The position numbers were made by a program, and so were the translations under genes. A DNA stretch of 64,000 nucleotides from an uncultured Planctomycetota bacterium. Its GTDB lineage: Bacteria; Planctomycetota; Planctomycetia; Isosphaerales; Isosphaeraceae. The stretch is taken from NCBI GenBank assembly GCA_963845755.1, contig CAWJTV010000020.1:384001-448000 (forward strand), in the 5' to 3' direction. Shown in pieces: positions 33,801 to 44,627 of this stretch; position 1 is the first letter of the stretch; each line of letters opens with the position of its first letter. The notes under the pieces were generated by a model. That model saw only the letters and a list, made by a program, of their open reading frames with translations, did not search any database and was not told the DNA's origin.

Positions 33801-35919
33801 GCCGCCAGGACCTTGCGGGCGTGCTTCGGATCGAAGAGGTTGACAGCCGCCACGTTCCGGTCGGGCACCAGGTCGATCTCCAGGTCACGCATGAACCGGG
33901 TTGCCGCCATCCAGAAATCGTCCCGCACCAGGCAGATGGCCTGGAGGTGCTCGCCGTCACATTGCCGCAGCGCCGCCACCAGGTCGGTCGACGGCTCGCT
34001 CCGATGGGCGAACAGCCACTGCTCGAACTGGTCCAGGACCACGAGGACCTTCCGGTTCTGGGTTAGTGCCTGGTTGCGCCGCAGGGTCGTCAGGGACGCG
34101 GTCAGGCCGGCGTCGACGGGCAAGCCGGGGAACCCCTTGCGGACGCCGCGGAGCACGCGCGCCTCGGTCTCGGCGACCGTCGCCTCGACGTAGACCGGTG
34201 CCACGTGCTGGCCCAGCAGGGGCAGCAAGCCTGCCTTGACGAGCGACGACTTGCCGCAGCCCGACGGCCCGTAAATGAGCCCGACGCGGAACGTCCTGTC
34301 CGGGTCGGTCGCCTCGACCCGCGTCTTCCAGAATCGCAGCCCGTCCGGGAGTCCTCCGCGATCGCGAGGGCCAGGGAGTAGGTCGAGGAAGAAGTCGGCA
34401 TCGTTCTCGTCGAAAGAACTCAGTCCCTTCGGGACGATCCGGATCGCACGGAAGACGGAGTCCGACGATCCGGGGATCGGGGGGGGCGTGGGCTCGATGG
34501 ATGTTGCCATGGGGACTGCGTTGGCTTCCGGGCTCACGCCCTCCGTCGACCTCGCCCACAACACCGACTCGAGGAAGTGCCGCAGGTCCTCGGCCAGGTC
34601 CCGGGCGGTGGCGTACCGCTCGGCGGCCCGTTTCGAAAGCGCTTTCAGGCAGATCCGCTCGAGCTCCCGTGGGATCGAATCGTCGATCTGCCGCAGGGGA
34701 CGGGGCTCGGCACGGATGATCTGTTCCATGACCTGGTCTTTCGACGAACCCCGGAAGGGACGGCGGCCCGTCAGCAGTTCGTAGAGGACCAGGCCGAGGC
34801 TGAAGATGTCCGAACGGCCGTTCGACGCGATGCCCCTCGCCCCGCGCCTGCTCCGGACTCATGTACGCCGCCGTGCCGACGAGGCGCGGCACCCTTGCCG
34901 AGGTCCTCATCCCTCAGGGCCAGGCCGAAATCGGCGAGCGACGGGACGCCTGCCGCGTCGAGCAGGATGTTCGCGGGCTTGATGTCGCGGTGGAACAGGT
35001 CGTGAGTGTGCGTGTAATGCAGCGCATCGCAGAGGACCGCGATCAGCCCGGCCGATTCGGCGAACGCCGGCCGCCCCCGACGTAGCCTGTCGGACAGGTC
35101 GCCTCCATCCATATATTTAGACACAACATAACAGCGGTCGTCCTCGGTGCGACCGACGTCGTAGACCGGCACGATGTTCGGATGGCAGAGCCGGGCGATG
35201 ATCCGGGCTTCGGCGAGGTAAGTCTCGACATCCAGGAACCGGGACGCCTGGGCATGGATGGGCATCTTGATGGCGACGTCACGGTCGAGCTCGGCGTCAT
35301 GGGCCAGGTAGACCCGCCCGAACCCGCCCTCGCCGAGGACCCGGATCACCCGGTATCGGCCGATGCTGGCCGGTGATGGCTCCGATCCGGCCTTGACCTT
35401 CAATCCGACACCGGTATTTCGGGCCAAGGCCGCCGGGCCCAACACAGGTGCTGCCCGATGGACTCCCGACTCCGCCATCGTGTCCGTGGGCGTGTGCTTC
35501 AGGAAGGCATACAACCGCCGTAGCCGTTCGATTCTTTCAAGCAGCACTTCCCTCAGTACCGAGTCGTTGACACCGAGCGACTCCGGAGAAGCATCGTCGC
35601 CGCGATGATAGCGCTCTTCCCACCTCGCGAGGAGGTCGAGGAGACGGTCCTCCTCATCGTCGCCGGGTCCCACCTTGGCCTCTCCGACTTCGATCCGGGC
35701 GCCGAGTTCAGACTCGGTGGCAGGTTCCGAGCCGATTGGGGTGTCAACCACGGTGGCCGGCAGGCGGTCGCCGACCGGCCGGATGTCGGAATCGGGCTCG
35801 GTGACAACCTGCGTCTCGGGTTTGGTGTCAACGTCAGAGGGCCGCGCGCGGTTTTTACCGGTCGAAGAGTCGGTGTGGATTCGGGGAGTGGGCTGGAAGT
35901 CCGCGTCGGGATCGTTCAT
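30883..35919 (-). CDS. Ser/Thr kinase + STAND-like NTPase + TM + FGE-sulfatase domain protein, copy A (frameshifted)
   Basis: Same motifs and order as copy B. Both start MNDPDAD.QPTPRI. Confidence 0.85.
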
Positions 35920-35948
35920 CGGCCGCTCCGCTCGATCGTCCCATCACG

Positions 35949-36560
35949 TCAGAGGGGTGCATTCGATCCATCCAGCCAGTGCGCGAGCCGCCCCGTTGCG
36001 GCCAACCAGAGCCGGCTGACCTGCTTCCGGTGCACCTCCAGCATCTGGGCGATCTCGGCTTGAGAGAAACCGCCATAATAGTGCAAATCAAAGACGATAC
36101 GTTGTTCGTCGGGCAACTTCCCGACTTGCTCGTGGAATTCGGTCAGCAGGGCCAGGCGGCCCGGATCGTGGGTGGTGTCGGCCCGGTCGATGGCTGCCAG
36201 CGCTTCCGAATCAGCCGCGTCGAGCGGCCCCTCGCGGCGCCGGGCATCGATGCGACGTTGGCCCTGGGCCATATCCAGCAGGACATGCCGTACCTTCACG
36301 AAGACCAGCCCGAAGAAGCCCTCGACGGTGTCTGGTACGGTCGCTTCCAGGGCGACGACCAGCCGCATCCAGACCTCGCTGACGACGCTTTCCAGGTCGT
36401 GACGGCCGTGCAGGCCCGGGAAATCGTCGTGAAAGAGCCGGGCTGCGATCCGCAACATGCGGTCGTGGGCGCGCTCCAGGAGCTCGCGCCGAGCCGTGAT
36501 GTCGCCGCGGCGGAGCCGGTCGATCAGATTCCTGAGTTCAGCCGAAGTGTCGTCTACCAC
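35949..36560 (-). CDS. ECF-type RNA polymerase sigma factor
   Basis: LIDRLRRGD..AR.ELL, region 2 (ESVVSEVWMRL), region 4 (LPDEQRIVFDLHYYGGFSQAEIAQMLEV..VSRLW). Lies directly upstream of the kinase. Confidence 0.88.
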   Translation of the reverse strand: MVDDTSAELRNLIDRLRRGDITARRELLERAHDRMLRIAARLFHDDFPGLHGRHDLESVVSEVWMRLVVALEATVPDTVEGFFGLVFVKVRHVLLDMAQGQRRIDARRREGPLDAADSEALAAIDRADTTHDPGRLALLTEFHEQVGKLPDEQRIVFDLHYYGGFSQAEIAQMLEVHRKQVSRLWLAATGRLAHWLDGSNAPL

Positions 36561-37135
36561 GTCGAGGACGCCTTTCGGCGGGATGTCCGAGCCGATGGAT
36601 GTGCCGGATCGATCGCGCTTCGGGGATCCCATGCGCCCTCCATCATAGTCAAGTTGGCACCCGCCCTCAACAAATCCGAGATTCTTGCAAGACTTTTTGT
36701 CCCAAGTTGCGACTCGAACAGCCTGGCGTATTAGAGCGACGAAGGAGAGGGATGGCCCGGAATGGCGAGAATCCAAGGACGGCCTCGAAGCTCGATCGAA
36801 ACGCCTTTTTCTCCAGAGTGATGGGACAGATGCCCAGGCGTTGATATGCGACCCGATTCCCGCCGACCGGGAACGGGAGCCACGCGGGGATTCAGGATCG
36901 GCGTCGCCGTAACTCGGCACGCGACGGAATCCTTGCTGGCTCGTCTGCCCGTGCTTCTCCCGACGAGAGCCGGAGATGATCCGACTCGAAAAGTCCATCA
37001 CTCGGGTTGAAGGACGATATCCGAACCTCCAGCCGTGTCGAGACGCGACCGAATGCCTTGCATGGCCGGATGGGGAGGGTGCGCGACCACCGTCAGTTTG
37101 ACCATCACGTCACCAACCTTGCGAAGGAGCTATCG

Positions 37136-37528
37136 ATGAAGAAGTCAACATTCGTACCCAGCCCCGATCAATTGGAAACCCGCGTCGTCCTGTCGAGCGG
37201 GCCCAAGTTCGCCCACGGTGCGGCAATCCTGACGAACCGCGCCCTGAACCAGACCTACGCCCAGATCCAGAAGGCGTTCAGCCAGTTCGCCCATCACGGG
37301 CAGAACTACAGACGGCTCCAGACCACGCTGGCCAACGACGTCAGCCGCATCCCCTGGAACCGGCGCGATGGCTTGCTGGCCGCCGTCGAATCCGAGGTGT
37401 CGCAGATGCACGTGGACATCGCCACCAGCGATGCCACGCCCGTGAAGAACGCGGCCCAACGGGCGCTCCAGGACGTCCATGATTTCGTCCAGGGCGAGAT
37501 CGCCGACGGCGTCATCACGATGCGCTGA
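37136..37528 (+). CDS. Small exported protein with planctomycete LEPR-XLL-like signal
   Basis: RBS AAGGAG; MKKSTFVPSPDQLETRVVLS. Confidence 0.65.
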   Translation: MKKSTFVPSPDQLETRVVLSSGPKFAHGAAILTNRALNQTYAQIQKAFSQFAHHGQNYRRLQTTLANDVSRIPWNRRDGLLAAVESEVSQMHVDIATSDATPVKNAAQRALQDVHDFVQGEIADGVITMR

Positions 37529-37595
37529 GGCGGGAAAACCCGCCCAGGGCGATCGCGAGCACGGCAACGGGGACGGCGATGTCCCCGTTGCAGTG

Positions 37596-38000
37596 TCATT
37601 GTCGCAAAGCGGCGATGGCGGCCTTGACGTCATCGCTGTCGACCGGCTGGCCGGCCAGGGACTTCATCGCGATGCCCATGGCCATGCCTTCCTTGGGCGC
37701 GGCCCTGATCTGGTCGGCCAACGGTCCCAGCGCCTCGGCGATCTGCTCGGAGGTCAGGGTCGACGGGACCCATTCGCGGATTAGGGCCAGCTCCTCGGGA
37801 GTGAATGTGGTCATCCCCGACTTCGCTTCCTTCAGCACGCCGCGCATCTTCTTGAAGGCATCGGCATCGGACATCTCGGCACCGGTGCCGAGCGTCAGTT
37901 GCGCGATCCAGTAGCGCAGGAAACCCGTTCGGACGGCGTCGCGCGCCTTCATCGACTCGGTCAGTTGCGAGCGCATCTTCTGCACGATGGACCGAGACAT
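37596..38000 (-). CDS. GatB/YqeY domain protein
   Basis: LTESMKARD..R...LR, ELALI..WVP..L, MGIAMKSL.G. Confidence 0.75.
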   Translation of the reverse strand: MSRSIVQKMRSQLTESMKARDAVRTGFLRYWIAQLTLGTGAEMSDADAFKKMRGVLKEAKSGMTTFTPEELALIREWVPSTLTSEQIAEALGPLADQIRAAPKEGMAMGIAMKSLAGQPVDSDDVKAAIAALRQ

Positions 38001-38032
38001 GTCGAATCCTCCCGGCATTTGTCCTGCTCCGA

Positions 38033-39493
38033 TCAAGCCTCAGAGGTGGAACCGTCGAAGAGCGGCACGATCGGCTCGCCCGTGCAGAGCCGGATCGGTC
38101 GGTCGAGCCGGTCGCGCACCTCGGTATCGGGGTCAACGCCCAGCGACCGGTACACGGTGGCCGCCAGGTCGGCCGGCTTGTAGGGTCGGCTCGCCGGATA
38201 GGCGCCCAGCTTATCCGATTGCCCGATCAACTGCCCCCCCCGCACGCCGGCGCCGGCGAAGGCTGCCGAGAACACCGCGGCCCAGTGGTCCCGGCCGTCG
38301 CGGCTGTTGGCGTTCCCCGTGCTCTTGCCGATCCGGGGCGTGCGGCCGAATTCCCCGGTCACGATGACCAGGGTCTCGTCGAGCAGCCCTCGGGCCGCCA
38401 GGTCGTCGAGCAGCGCGGCGACCCCTCGGTCGGTCGGCGGCAGCAGTCGATCCTTGAGCGACTTGAAATTGGCCGAATGCGTATCCCACGTCTGAACGCG
38501 ACCCATGTTCACCTGAACAATGGGCACACCCACCTCGATCAGCCGCCTGGCGAGCAGGAGCGACTGCCCGTACATGTGCCGGCCGTAGTGATCGCGGAGC
38601 CGCGGGTCTTCCTCGCCAAGATCGAAGGCGCGCGCCACCTTGCCGGAGAGCAGCAGGGCGTAGGCGCGGTCGACCTGGTCGATGAAGGGGTCCTTCGCCT
38701 CCTCGGCCCAGCCACCGAAAGCGTCGCGCCCCGCACTCAAACAGTCGAGCAGCGACTTCCGGCGGTCCAGCCGTTCGACACTCAGGCCCGTGGGAAGGTT
38801 CAGGCCGTCGAAGCCGAAGCCCGACCGATTGGGATCCTGCTTGACCTGCCAGGGGTCGTGACGCGGCCCGAGGAATCCTGCATGCTGGCCGGGCCAGGTC
38901 AGGGGGCCGTCCATGAGGAACGTCGGGAGCATCACTCCGCTGGGAATACCGTCGCCCCGAGGCCGGATCGCGTCCACCGCTGAGGCATAGCACGGATAAT
39001 CGTCCCGTGATGCGATCTTGTCGAAGAAGGCGCCAGGCTGCGGGTGGCCGGTCAGGATTTCGTGCGTGGCGTTGAGGTGGTTGGTATACGAATGCGAGAG
39101 CGAACGGACGACCGCCAGCTTATCCGCCCGCTCCGCCAATCGGGGCAGGTGCTCGCAGTAGTGGATCCCCGGCACTGCCGTCTCGATCGGCTTGAACTCG
39201 CCCCGGATCCCCTCGGGCGCCTCCGGTTTCATGTCGAAGGAGTCGATGTGGCTCAGGCCCCCTGTCAGGAAGACGATGATCACCGACCTGGCCCGCGCCG
39301 CCGGCATCGGCTTCGCAATCGACGCGCCGGGGTTTGCCTCCGCGGCACGAGCCCGCGTCGCCAGGAGGCCCGGCAGCGAGAGGCCCAGCAGTCCGGAGAA
39401 TCCCACTTGGATAAACTCGCGGCGCACGATGCCGACGGGATGAGCCGTCGTCGTTTGATGTTGCACTACAGGGTTGACCGAACCGGTCGTCAT
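38033..39493 (-). CDS. DUF1501 domain protein (Tat-like RREF signal)
   Basis: FLTGGLSHIDSFDMKP, QSLLLARRLIEVGV, WDTH, GEFGRTP, GRDHW. Confidence 0.92.
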   Translation of the reverse strand: MTTGSVNPVVQHQTTTAHPVGIVRREFIQVGFSGLLGLSLPGLLATRARAAEANPGASIAKPMPAARARSVIIVFLTGGLSHIDSFDMKPEAPEGIRGEFKPIETAVPGIHYCEHLPRLAERADKLAVVRSLSHSYTNHLNATHEILTGHPQPGAFFDKIASRDDYPCYASAVDAIRPRGDGIPSGVMLPTFLMDGPLTWPGQHAGFLGPRHDPWQVKQDPNRSGFGFDGLNLPTGLSVERLDRRKSLLDCLSAGRDAFGGWAEEAKDPFIDQVDRAYALLLSGKVARAFDLGEEDPRLRDHYGRHMYGQSLLLARRLIEVGVPIVQVNMGRVQTWDTHSANFKSLKDRLLPPTDRGVAALLDDLAARGLLDETLVIVTGEFGRTPRIGKSTGNANSRDGRDHWAAVFSAAFAGAGVRGGQLIGQSDKLGAYPASRPYKPADLAATVYRSLGVDPDTEVRDRLDRPIRLCTGEPIVPLFDGSTSEA

Positions 39494-39606
39494 GCACACC
39501 TCGATTCATTCACAGCGTGTAATAATGTTTGATTTTATCTCAAACAATCGGCAGGGAGCAAGTCCATCGACAGGATTGCCCGTTCCAAGGCGCCCTGGGT
39601 GGGAGA

Positions 39607-41085
39607 TCACGGGGTGATACGGGGCTTGGTCGGCGTCAACGGCTCGGGCGCGGTCAGGAAGGCGATGAGGTCGCGCACGGCCGCCTCGCCGAGTGCGGCC
39701 ACCAGGCCGGGGGGCATGATCGACGTCGCGCTCGGCCGGATCTCCTGGATCTGGTCGCGGCGGATGATCGTCTCGTGCGCATTGGTGTCAGTGACCTTGA
39801 TCGCATCCGGTCCCTCCGCGCGGACGACACCGGCTAAGACCTGGCCCGCCCTGGTGGCGATGGTGTATGACGTGTAAGCGGGCTCGATCGTGGCACTGGG
39901 CACCGCAAGGCTCCGGTAGATTTCGGCCCGGCCTTTCCGCCCGACGTCCGTCAAGTCGGGACCCACCTTGCCCCCCTCGCCTCGGAAGACGTGGCACTGG
40001 GCGCAACGGGCCTGATCGCCCGAGAAGATCGCCCGACCGCGCACGGGATCTCCTCCAGACAGGTCGGGGACCGCAACCGGCGCCGTGGCGGCCGAATCGG
40101 CCAAGAGCGGAGCCCAAGGGAGAATCAGGCGATCCCGCTCGATGCCAGAATCCTCCTTCGCGCCTTCGCGCCGGTAGACCGCCTTGACCGAGAATGGCCG
40201 TACCGTCGGGCCCGTCCGCACCGTCATGGTGAAAAAGAGCGGTTCCCCCTGGGATTCGACGGTCAACACGACGTGGTGGTCCTCGTCTTTGGAGGCCGGG
40301 GGCGAGTCCCCCGCCTGGCTGTCGCCCAGCATGGCCTCATCGATCCGGCCGGACGCGTTGATCCGGAGCGACACCTTTCCCGGTGGCAGGCGAATGAGCG
40401 TGCTCAGCGTGAGCTGTCCGGGCTGTGAGAGGCGAGCCAGACCGGCCTCGTGCGGCCGCGAGCCGCGCGTGAGCCGCCGCGTTGCTTCGAGGTCTAACTG
40501 CGGCCACCAACCCGACCAGCTCGGATTGCCGGGCGGTTGATCGGGCGCGCTCCAGATGGCCTCGACGCCCGTCAGGTCATAAGCGACGGTCGCATCGTTG
40601 TTCGACTTCGAGCTGGTGTCACCGGTCGCCGCTGGGATCGGGAGGAGATAGCGGGCGATGCGCGGGTGCGGGTCGGAGGCCATGACGAGCGTCTGACCTC
40701 CGTCGATCAAGCGAGTGCCGACGATCCGCAGGGATCCCGAGGGTAGGGTGCGGGTAGGCTGTCCCTGGGCATCCGATCGGGTCTCGACATAGGAGATCGT
40801 GCGCCCGATGTACGATCTCGCGAGCCCTGCGTCGATCGGCCGGTCGAACGCAGCGATCGCCTCAAGGGGCCCCGGTGCCCAGACCGCCACGGGACCGAAC
40901 TCCGAACCGCGACCGCTCGCGGCCGTCCCCTGGGCCAACCCGTCCGGGGTGACCGTCCCCATCAGGATCATCGCCAGGCCGAGGTGTTTCCCCGCGCAAC
41001 GCGTGGTCTTTCGCCAGCAAGAGCCGGACGCCGATCGGGGCGACGTCGGATCGGAACGCCAATGGGTCGAAGGGGATGTCTTCAT
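39607..41085 (-). CDS. c-type cytochrome / putative heme-binding domain protein
   Basis: GDPVRGRAIF..CAQCH..GG.VGPDLT, SIMPPGL, DLIAFL. N-terminus uncertain. Confidence 0.78.
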   Translation of the reverse strand: MKTSPSTHWRSDPTSPRSASGSCWRKTTRCAGKHLGLAMILMGTVTPDGLAQGTAASGRGSEFGPVAVWAPGPLEAIAAFDRPIDAGLARSYIGRTISYVETRSDAQGQPTRTLPSGSLRIVGTRLIDGGQTLVMASDPHPRIARYLLPIPAATGDTSSKSNNDATVAYDLTGVEAIWSAPDQPPGNPSWSGWWPQLDLEATRRLTRGSRPHEAGLARLSQPGQLTLSTLIRLPPGKVSLRINASGRIDEAMLGDSQAGDSPPASKDEDHHVVLTVESQGEPLFFTMTVRTGPTVRPFSVKAVYRREGAKEDSGIERDRLILPWAPLLADSAATAPVAVPDLSGGDPVRGRAIFSGDQARCAQCHVFRGEGGKVGPDLTDVGRKGRAEIYRSLAVPSATIEPAYTSYTIATRAGQVLAGVVRAEGPDAIKVTDTNAHETIIRRDQIQEIRPSATSIMPPGLVAALGEAAVRDLIAFLTAPEPLTPTKPRITP

Positions 41086-41227
41086 AGTCGAGATTCTACC
41101 GAGTTGACCGGGCGGGTGGAATCCGCGGTGGAATGAGGGTGCCGTCTGACATTGACGCGACAGCGGTCCCGGACTAAAGTTTGGCTCCCCTCCGATCCCA
41201 ATCTCGTCCTATCGAAAGGAGAGTGCC

Positions 41228-41769
41228 ATGGCCTGGCGATGGACCGCCCGGCGATCGGTCATTTCGGCCTTCGTGATCTTCCATCTTTCAGCCTTGATGA
41301 TCTGGACGGTGCCGAACTGCGCCATCAAGTCGCAATTCCAGTCGCCCTATCGCTATTACATGCTGCCGCTGGGTCTTTGGCAATGGTGGGCGATTTTTGC
41401 CCCGACCCCATCCGCAACACGACGAACCTCAATGCCGAGATCATCGACGCAAAAGGGATGCGGCAGACTTACGAGTTCCCACGGCTCGGCAACCTGACCT
41501 GGTGGGAAAGGATCCCCCGGTATCGGAACTGCAAATTCACGGCCAATATGTCCGTCGAGGAATACAACGAGCATCGCACGTTCACGGCACGTCATGTCGT
41601 CCGCCAGCTTGGCATGGCTGCCGAGGCGTTCCCTGTCTGGGTCAGCCTGTATTACGAGTTCACAGATTCTCCTCCACCCGGTACGGGCGTCGCCGACCCG
41701 ATGGCCTCGACACGCGTTCGCGTCCTGGATCGCTTTCAGTTCCGATCGCTCAAGGAGGTGATGCCGTGA
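41228..41769 (+). CDS. Hypothetical membrane-anchored partner of the HTTM protein (frameshift near 41400)
   Basis: ISAFVIFHL..LGLWQWWAIFAP joins DPIRN..RYRNCKF. Stop overlaps the HTTM start. Confidence 0.65.
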
Positions 41770-42803
41770 ATCCCATCAAAGCTTGGAATCGGTTCTTGTT
41801 CCGCCCGATCTCCGCGCGGCCGCTCGGGTTGTTCCGGATCGTTTACGGGCTGTTGCTCTTGATCTATCTGTCCTTGATGACCGTGGAATTCAAGCACTGG
41901 TACACCGGTGCCGGGCTGCTCCAGGGGACGGAAGCCCGGGAGGCGGCCGGGCCATTGCGATTCTCGCCGCTCCAGTTCGTCGCGAACCCGATCGTGCCAC
42001 AGCTCGTCCTCGCGACAGCCTTCGTCGCGGCGCTGGGGGTCACGCTGGGTTGGCGGACTCGCCTGCTGAGCGTCGTGCTCTATCTATGCATGCTCTCGTT
42101 CTACCACCGGAACGTCTCATCCAATGGCGGTCCGGATGCCGTCCCCGTGATCCTGTCGTTCTACGTGATGCTCTGCCCGAGTGGCGCGGCGTATTCGCTG
42201 GACGCTCGCCGCGAGGCCAGGCGTCGCGGGACGCTCGCCGAACCGCTCATCGTCCCCTGGGGTGTCCGTCTGCTCCAGATGCAGCTCTGCCTGATCTACT
42301 TCCAATCGTGCGTCATCAAGTGCGGCGGCCCGGCCTGGATGGACGGCACGGCCGTGCATTATGTCTTGTTCAACCGAGAATTCGGTCAATTCAACCTGGA
42401 ATGGGTGGCGTCTTATCCGATCCTCGTAAACCTGATGACGCACGGGGCGCTGTTGATCGAGTTCTCCCTGGCGTTCTGGTTATGGTTCAAGCCGACGCGG
42501 CGGTGGGTGATCCTGGGAGGGATCCTCTTGCATGCGGGAATCCGGCCGGTCATCAATATCCCGGGTTTCGGCGAGACGATGTGCGCGACTTACCTGACGT
42601 TCCTCGACGCGACCGAGGCCGCGACGTTGCTCCGGGTCCTGGATCCACGAGCCTGGCTGGTTCGTCTGGGCATCCGCAGACCCCAGTTCGATTTCTTCCC
42701 GGGGACCGATCGTCCGGTCGCGATGCCCGCGTGGCAGCAGCGGGAGTTCACCTTCGAAGGTGCCGAGGTCTATGCTGGCACCGAGCCGATGGCGCTGGCA
42801 TGA
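41766..42803 (+). CDS. HTTM domain membrane protein
   Basis: PLGLFRI, LGWRTR, HRN...NGGPD, SLDA, QLCLIYF...K..W.DG.A. Confidence 0.8.
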   Translation: MNPIKAWNRFLFRPISARPLGLFRIVYGLLLLIYLSLMTVEFKHWYTGAGLLQGTEAREAAGPLRFSPLQFVANPIVPQLVLATAFVAALGVTLGWRTRLLSVVLYLCMLSFYHRNVSSNGGPDAVPVILSFYVMLCPSGAAYSLDARREARRRGTLAEPLIVPWGVRLLQMQLCLIYFQSCVIKCGGPAWMDGTAVHYVLFNREFGQFNLEWVASYPILVNLMTHGALLIEFSLAFWLWFKPTRRWVILGGILLHAGIRPVINIPGFGETMCATYLTFLDATEAATLLRVLDPRAWLVRLGIRRPQFDFFPGTDRPVAMPAWQQREFTFEGAEVYAGTEPMALA

Positions 42804-42818
42804 GGTTGCCTGAAGGTC

Positions 42819-43334
42819 TCAGGGATTCCGAGTCAGTCGCCGGATGATCTCGGCGTGGCTCGGATAATGGTCAAGCAGGTCCGCGCTACCGCCGGTCTCG
42901 TAGTCGGCATAGTCGAATCCCGGTGCCATTGTCGCGCCCATCAGGGCGAACTCGACACCCGGTTCCAGGTGAGTGCCCTGCCAGACTCGCGGCGGCACGA
43001 TGACCTGCGGCTGTTGACCGGCGAGGACATCCGAGCCGATGAGGATCTCGCGGACCCGACCATCGGGGAAGAGCTGGAGCATTCGCGCCGGGCCTCCCAG
43101 GTAAAGGTGGAAGACCTCCTCGGTCGGCAGCCGGTGCATTTCGGAGAACGTATCCGCCGTCAGCAGGTAGTAGATCGCGGTGCCAAAGGCTCGATCGCCG
43201 CGCGCATGATAGACGATCGGCAGTGCGGACGCCGGGATCGATTCGGAAGACCGATAGGTCTCGCCGAAGAAGCCGCCCTCGATCGGATGGGGCTGGAGCC
43301 CGAGCGCATCGATGATCTGCCTGGCGTTGGTCAT
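42819..43334 (-). CDS. Cupin_5 (DUF985) domain protein
   Basis: LGLQPHP.EGGFF.ETYRS, TAIYYLL, HRL..EEVFH, PGFDY.D. Confidence 0.9.
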   Translation of the reverse strand: MTNARQIIDALGLQPHPIEGGFFGETYRSSESIPASALPIVYHARGDRAFGTAIYYLLTADTFSEMHRLPTEEVFHLYLGGPARMLQLFPDGRVREILIGSDVLAGQQPQVIVPPRVWQGTHLEPGVEFALMGATMAPGFDYADYETGGSADLLDHYPSHAEIIRRLTRNP

Positions 43335-43418
43335 GGTGGGTTTGCTCTCCTATTTCGGTGAGAGGGCGTGCGCCGGAGAGGGCGGAGGTCGACACTGCGC
43401 GCCGGGTGGAGGAATCGA

Positions 43419-44548
43419 TCAGCCGATGCGGAACGTCTCGATCCCTTCCGCGCTGAGCTCGATGCCAAGACCGGGCGCATCGGGTACGGCGACCCGGCCG
43501 TCCTGGGCTCGGATGACCTCGGTGATGGACTGCCGGAGGTTTGTTCCCTCCTCGACGACGAACTCGAGGAGCCCGAGCGTATTCGGAACGCTGGCCAGGA
43601 AGTGGAGCGCGGCGGCAACGTTCAGGTAGGTGGTAAACCCGTGATTGACGACCGGCAGTCCCCGGTCGGCCGCCAGGGCGGCGATCTTCATGGCTTCGGT
43701 GAAGCCGCCGCACCGCGTCAGGTCGATCTGCACGATGTCGATCTGGCCGACGTCCATGAGCTGGAGGAACGACTTGCGCTCGCTCTCTTCCTCGCCGGCG
43801 GCGATCCGTAGCGGGCTACTCGCGGCCAGCTTGGCATAGCCCAGATAGTCGTCCGGCTGCAAGGGTTCTTCGAACCAGAACGGATTGTACGGTTCGAACG
43901 CCCGGCGCGCTGAATGGCGGTCTTGGCGTCGTAGACCAGGCCGGCGTCGATCATCAGGTCGACGTTGGGGCCGAGCCCCGCGCGCGCCTCGCGGACCAGG
44001 GCGACGTCGGTTTCGGCGTCTTTCCCCATCGGGTCCCAGCCGAACTTGACGGCCGTGAAGCCCTGATCGGCGAACCGCCGTGCGCGCCGGCCGGTCTCCG
44101 CGGGCGTCTCGCCGAAGAGTGAGCTGGCGTAGGCCCGCAAACTCCGGGTGAATCCGCCGCCGAGCAGCCTCCAGATCGGCAGACCGAGCGCCTTCCCCTT
44201 GATGTCCCACAGCGCCAGGTCGATCCCGCTCATCGCGTGGATGCCGAGACCGCGCCGACCGCCGTAGATGTTAGCCCGGTACATCTTGTGCCAGAGGTAC
44301 TCGGTCCGGAACGGGTCCTCGCCGATCAGCACGTGCGCCAGACCCGTGGCCGTCGTGTGCGAGAACGGCCCCTCGATGCACCCCTTCGCCGCCATCGGGT
44401 TCGAATCCACTTCGCCGTACCCGACGACCCCCGAATCGGTCGTAATCTTGACGATCAAAGCATCCTGGCCGCTGTCGCATTGGGTCTTCACGTCGGGGAG
44501 GCGGAGGTAGATGGCCTCCACGTTAGTGATCTTCAAGTCGCTCGTCAT
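43419..44548 (-). CDS. Mandelate racemase/muconate lactonizing enzyme family protein (frameshift near 43910)
   Basis: [39 protein letters not shown]. Confidence 0.9.
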
Positions 44549-44627
44549 GCGTATGTCCCGGTACCCCTGGTCCTTGTCCAGACGATGGCAACCTGCGCGG
44601 GCGAGCGCCATCCTCTCTGCTTGCATC

